Of a DNA stretch of 64,000 nucleotides, positions 62,285 to 64,000 are shown piece after piece (the stretch's first letter is position 1; the number at the start of each line of letters is the position of its first letter). The DNA is from Minisyncoccota bacterium (GTDB lineage Bacteria > Patescibacteriota > Minisyncoccia > Phycocordibacterales > UBA6065). The DNA lies in the NCBI GenBank assembly GCA_035546035.1, contig DASZXC010000008.1:252265-316264 (forward strand). Direction: 5' to 3'. The notes under the pieces are model-generated. The model worked only from the letters and a program-made list of their open reading frames with translations, did no database searches and was not told the origin of the DNA. The translations under genes were made by a program, and so were the position numbers.

Positions 62285-63040
62285 ATGAGCAATGAACATA
62301 TCGCGCAGGAGAATCTCCGGGCGCTCGCCAGTAACCCGTATCCCGGTCGCGGATTCGTCCTCGGCCTTTCCGAGGACGGCGAGTCCTTCTTCCAGGTCTA
62401 TTGGATCATGGGCCGGAGCGAATCGAGTCGCAACCGCGTATTCGAATGTGGCATGGAGCAGCCGCTCTCTTTTTCCGGGCCTCGCGTCTCGACGAGGGCC
62501 GCCGATCCGTCCAAGGTCCAGGAGAAGGACCGGCATCTCATCATCTATGATGCGATGCTCGAGGCGCCTGGTCTCTTCGTCGTGAGCAACGGCGCCCAGA
62601 CCAATGCCGTTCGCGACGCTATGAAGGACGGCGCCTTCCTTATGGACTCTCTCAAGGACTGGCAATACGAGCCTGACGCGCCGAATCATACGCCCCGCAT
62701 CACGGGCGTGATCGACCTTCGTCCCGGCGGCGAGGCTGAAATCGCCGTGCTTCTCAAGACCCCGGACGGCGACGGATGCGTTCGGATGCGCTATCCTCTC
62801 GGCCTTCAGCCCGGTTTCGGATATTGCGTCACGACGTACGAGACCGACGGCAATCCGTTGCCTTCGTTCCGCAAACCGCCGTATATCATGCCGATCCGGG
62901 GCTTGGTTCACGATATCCTCGATACGTACTGGTCGGCGCTCGATAAGGTCAATCGGGTCGCGATCGTCGTAAAGCAGATCTGGCGCGAGCCGAAGTCATC
63001 GACCATCGCCATCGAGAACAAGCATCGGCTTCCCGGCTGA
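62285..63040 (+). CDS. IMP cyclohydrolase, PurO-like (archaeal-type)
   Basis: N-terminal NPYPGRGFVLGLSEDGESFFQVYWIMGRSESSRNR resembles PurO GR.LVVG....F.AYRVSSRSFPNR core. Confidence 0.55.
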   Translation: MSNEHIAQENLRALASNPYPGRGFVLGLSEDGESFFQVYWIMGRSESSRNRVFECGMEQPLSFSGPRVSTRAADPSKVQEKDRHLIIYDAMLEAPGLFVVSNGAQTNAVRDAMKDGAFLMDSLKDWQYEPDAPNHTPRITGVIDLRPGGEAEIAVLLKTPDGDGCVRMRYPLGLQPGFGYCVTTYETDGNPLPSFRKPPYIMPIRGLVHDILDTYWSALDKVNRVAIVVKQIWREPKSSTIAIENKHRLPG

Positions 63041-63088
63041 CCGCCTTCCGTTCTTTGCGAAGCCGCCACAAGAAGTGGCGGCTTTTTC

Positions 63089-63847
63089 TTATACGGTCCG
63101 ATTATATTTTCCCGTAACGGTATTCCAGTAGATGAACATGAGCTCGACGCTCGAATCGATGTACGAGCGCAGTCCAACCTTGGATCCCGCAGGATTATCC
63201 CAGACCACGGGCATCTCTTTCACCGCATAGCCATGCTTCTGGGCGATGACGAGGAGCTCGATGTCGAAGCCGAACCGCTCGATCTTCTGCAGGGCGAAGA
63301 TTTCGTCCGCAGCGCGGGCGCTGAAGAGCTTGAAGCCGCGCTGGGTATCGGATACTCCCGATGCGGTCACGAGGCCCACGATCGCTTTCGTTATCTTGCC
63401 GAGCAGCCGGCGATGCCAGCCGTTATGCTCTATCGTCCGCGATCCTTCATGGGCGATCGAGCCGATCACGATATCGCAGCTTGACCCTCTCATGGCATCG
63501 AGGAATCGTTCGACGGCGCCGATCTTCACGGAATTGTCAGCATCCATGTAGAGCCTGTATGCGCCGCAGGCTTTTTCCATGCCAGTCTTCACGGCGTGGC
63601 CTTTGCCGCGGTTCTCGGCATGCTCGATCAGCCGCAGGCCGGGGAAGGATTCGGCGAATTCCTTCACTACGCGGCTCGTATCATCCCTCGATCCGTCGTC
63701 TACGACGATGATCTCATATCGAAGGCCCGCGGGCGCTGAAAAATATAAATAGCGCTTGATGCTGTCGAGCGTCGCGCCGATCCTCTTGGATTCATTATAG
63801 GCAGGGATAATAACCGACAGGTCGATGCCGTTTCTCATAGTGTTCAT
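63089..63847 (-). CDS. Family 2 glycosyltransferase (polyprenol-phosphate sugar synthase-like)
   Basis: LSVIIPAYNE, IVVDDGSRDDT, DAD-type motif YMDADNS. Confidence 0.85.
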   Translation of the reverse strand: MNTMRNGIDLSVIIPAYNESKRIGATLDSIKRYLYFSAPAGLRYEIIVVDDGSRDDTSRVVKEFAESFPGLRLIEHAENRGKGHAVKTGMEKACGAYRLYMDADNSVKIGAVERFLDAMRGSSCDIVIGSIAHEGSRTIEHNGWHRRLLGKITKAIVGLVTASGVSDTQRGFKLFSARAADEIFALQKIERFGFDIELLVIAQKHGYAVKEMPVVWDNPAGSKVGLRSYIDSSVELMFIYWNTVTGKYNRTV

Positions 63848-63878
63848 GTTTTTATCGCTAAGCAGTAAGCCTCTGCGT

Positions 63879-64000
63879 TTATTCGGGCCGTTCCCTGAAG
63901 ACGAAGGTCTTATATCCGATGAAGTTCCACGCGAGGACCAGCAGGGTCCCGCATATCGCGCCCATGTTCGCCGCTACTCTGGAGTCCAAAGGCGAAGAGA
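63879..64000 (-). CDS. GtrA-family membrane protein (C-terminal fragment; gene continues beyond window)
   Basis: C-terminal ...GTLLVLAWNFIGYKTFVFRERPE typical of GtrA family, adjacent to GT2 gene. Confidence 0.55.
   Translation of the reverse strand, partial: SSPLDSRVAANMGAICGTLLVLAWNFIGYKTFVFRERPE

Noticed and set aside
1-64000. CRISPR array
   Set aside because: No run of regularly spaced short direct repeats. The repeats seen are long coding tandem repeats or isolated palindromic terminators.

Overview
This is a 64-kb high-GC (about 60%) bacterial chromosomal segment, densely coded on both strands.

I can support six tRNAs: Met-CAT, Asp-GTC, Thr-CGT, Thr-GGT, Gln-CTG and Ser-GGA. I can support about 85 protein genes.

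The recognisable genes are mostly housekeeping and envelope functions:
- two ECF sigma / anti-sigma pairs
- nfi, prfB (short, with no programmed frameshift), ftsE and ftsX
- a MacA/MacB/permease efflux operon followed by a DUF5666 protein
- NrnA-type DHH phosphoesterase
- an FMN-binding protein next to an ApbE flavin transferase
- idi
- an OmpR-type two-component pair
- DEAD-box helicase, an ABC-F ATPase carrying a 1-nt frameshift, cyclophilin, lexA, a DsbB/thioredoxin-like pair, RadC, RNase J, SecG, LemA/TPM, a PurO-like IMP cyclohydrolase, and a GT2/GtrA pair

The gene content suggests a reduced-genome, CPR-like bacterium: short RF2, lmo0937-family and SPW proteins, DUF5666 after MacB, PurO-type IMP cyclohydrolase, giant repeat-rich surface proteins, and many leaderless extended -10 promoters. 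This is an inference only.

The accessory and unusual content stands out in ten places.
1. A minus-strand cluster at 19.5-29.6 kb runs response regulator, histidine kinase, a two-domain terpene-synthase-like protein, then a four-gene surface-protein operon headed by a 986-aa repeat protein. An identical 16-bp direct-repeat motif lies upstream of both the kinase gene and the surface operon.
2. A 3.7-kb low-GC island at 32.8-36.5 kb carries a Type II restriction-modification system: a putative restriction endonuclease with two PD-ExK motifs, plus two Dam-family m6A methyltransferases, one fused to an HTH domain and preceded by a palindromic operator.
3. Three copies of a long perfect palindrome (26-31-bp arms) with a conserved GGCC-centred loop act as bidirectional terminators.
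4. Three AAC-N17-CGTA ECF-type promoters define a small regulon.
5. A LexA operator of the GAAC-N4-GTTC type sits exactly in the spacer of a sigma70 promoter, upstream of a small ORF and lexA.
6. A promoter-to-terminator unit of about 150 nt upstream of prfB is a candidate small RNA.
7. A 1335-aa surface protein carries seven tandem repeats.
8. A G10 homopolymer lies next to the secG upstream region.
9. An A5 homopolymer tract is the site of the ABC-F frameshift.
10. A 50-aa lmo0937-family gene falls below the ORF-track length cutoff.

I found no CRISPR array, transposase, integrase or prophage.
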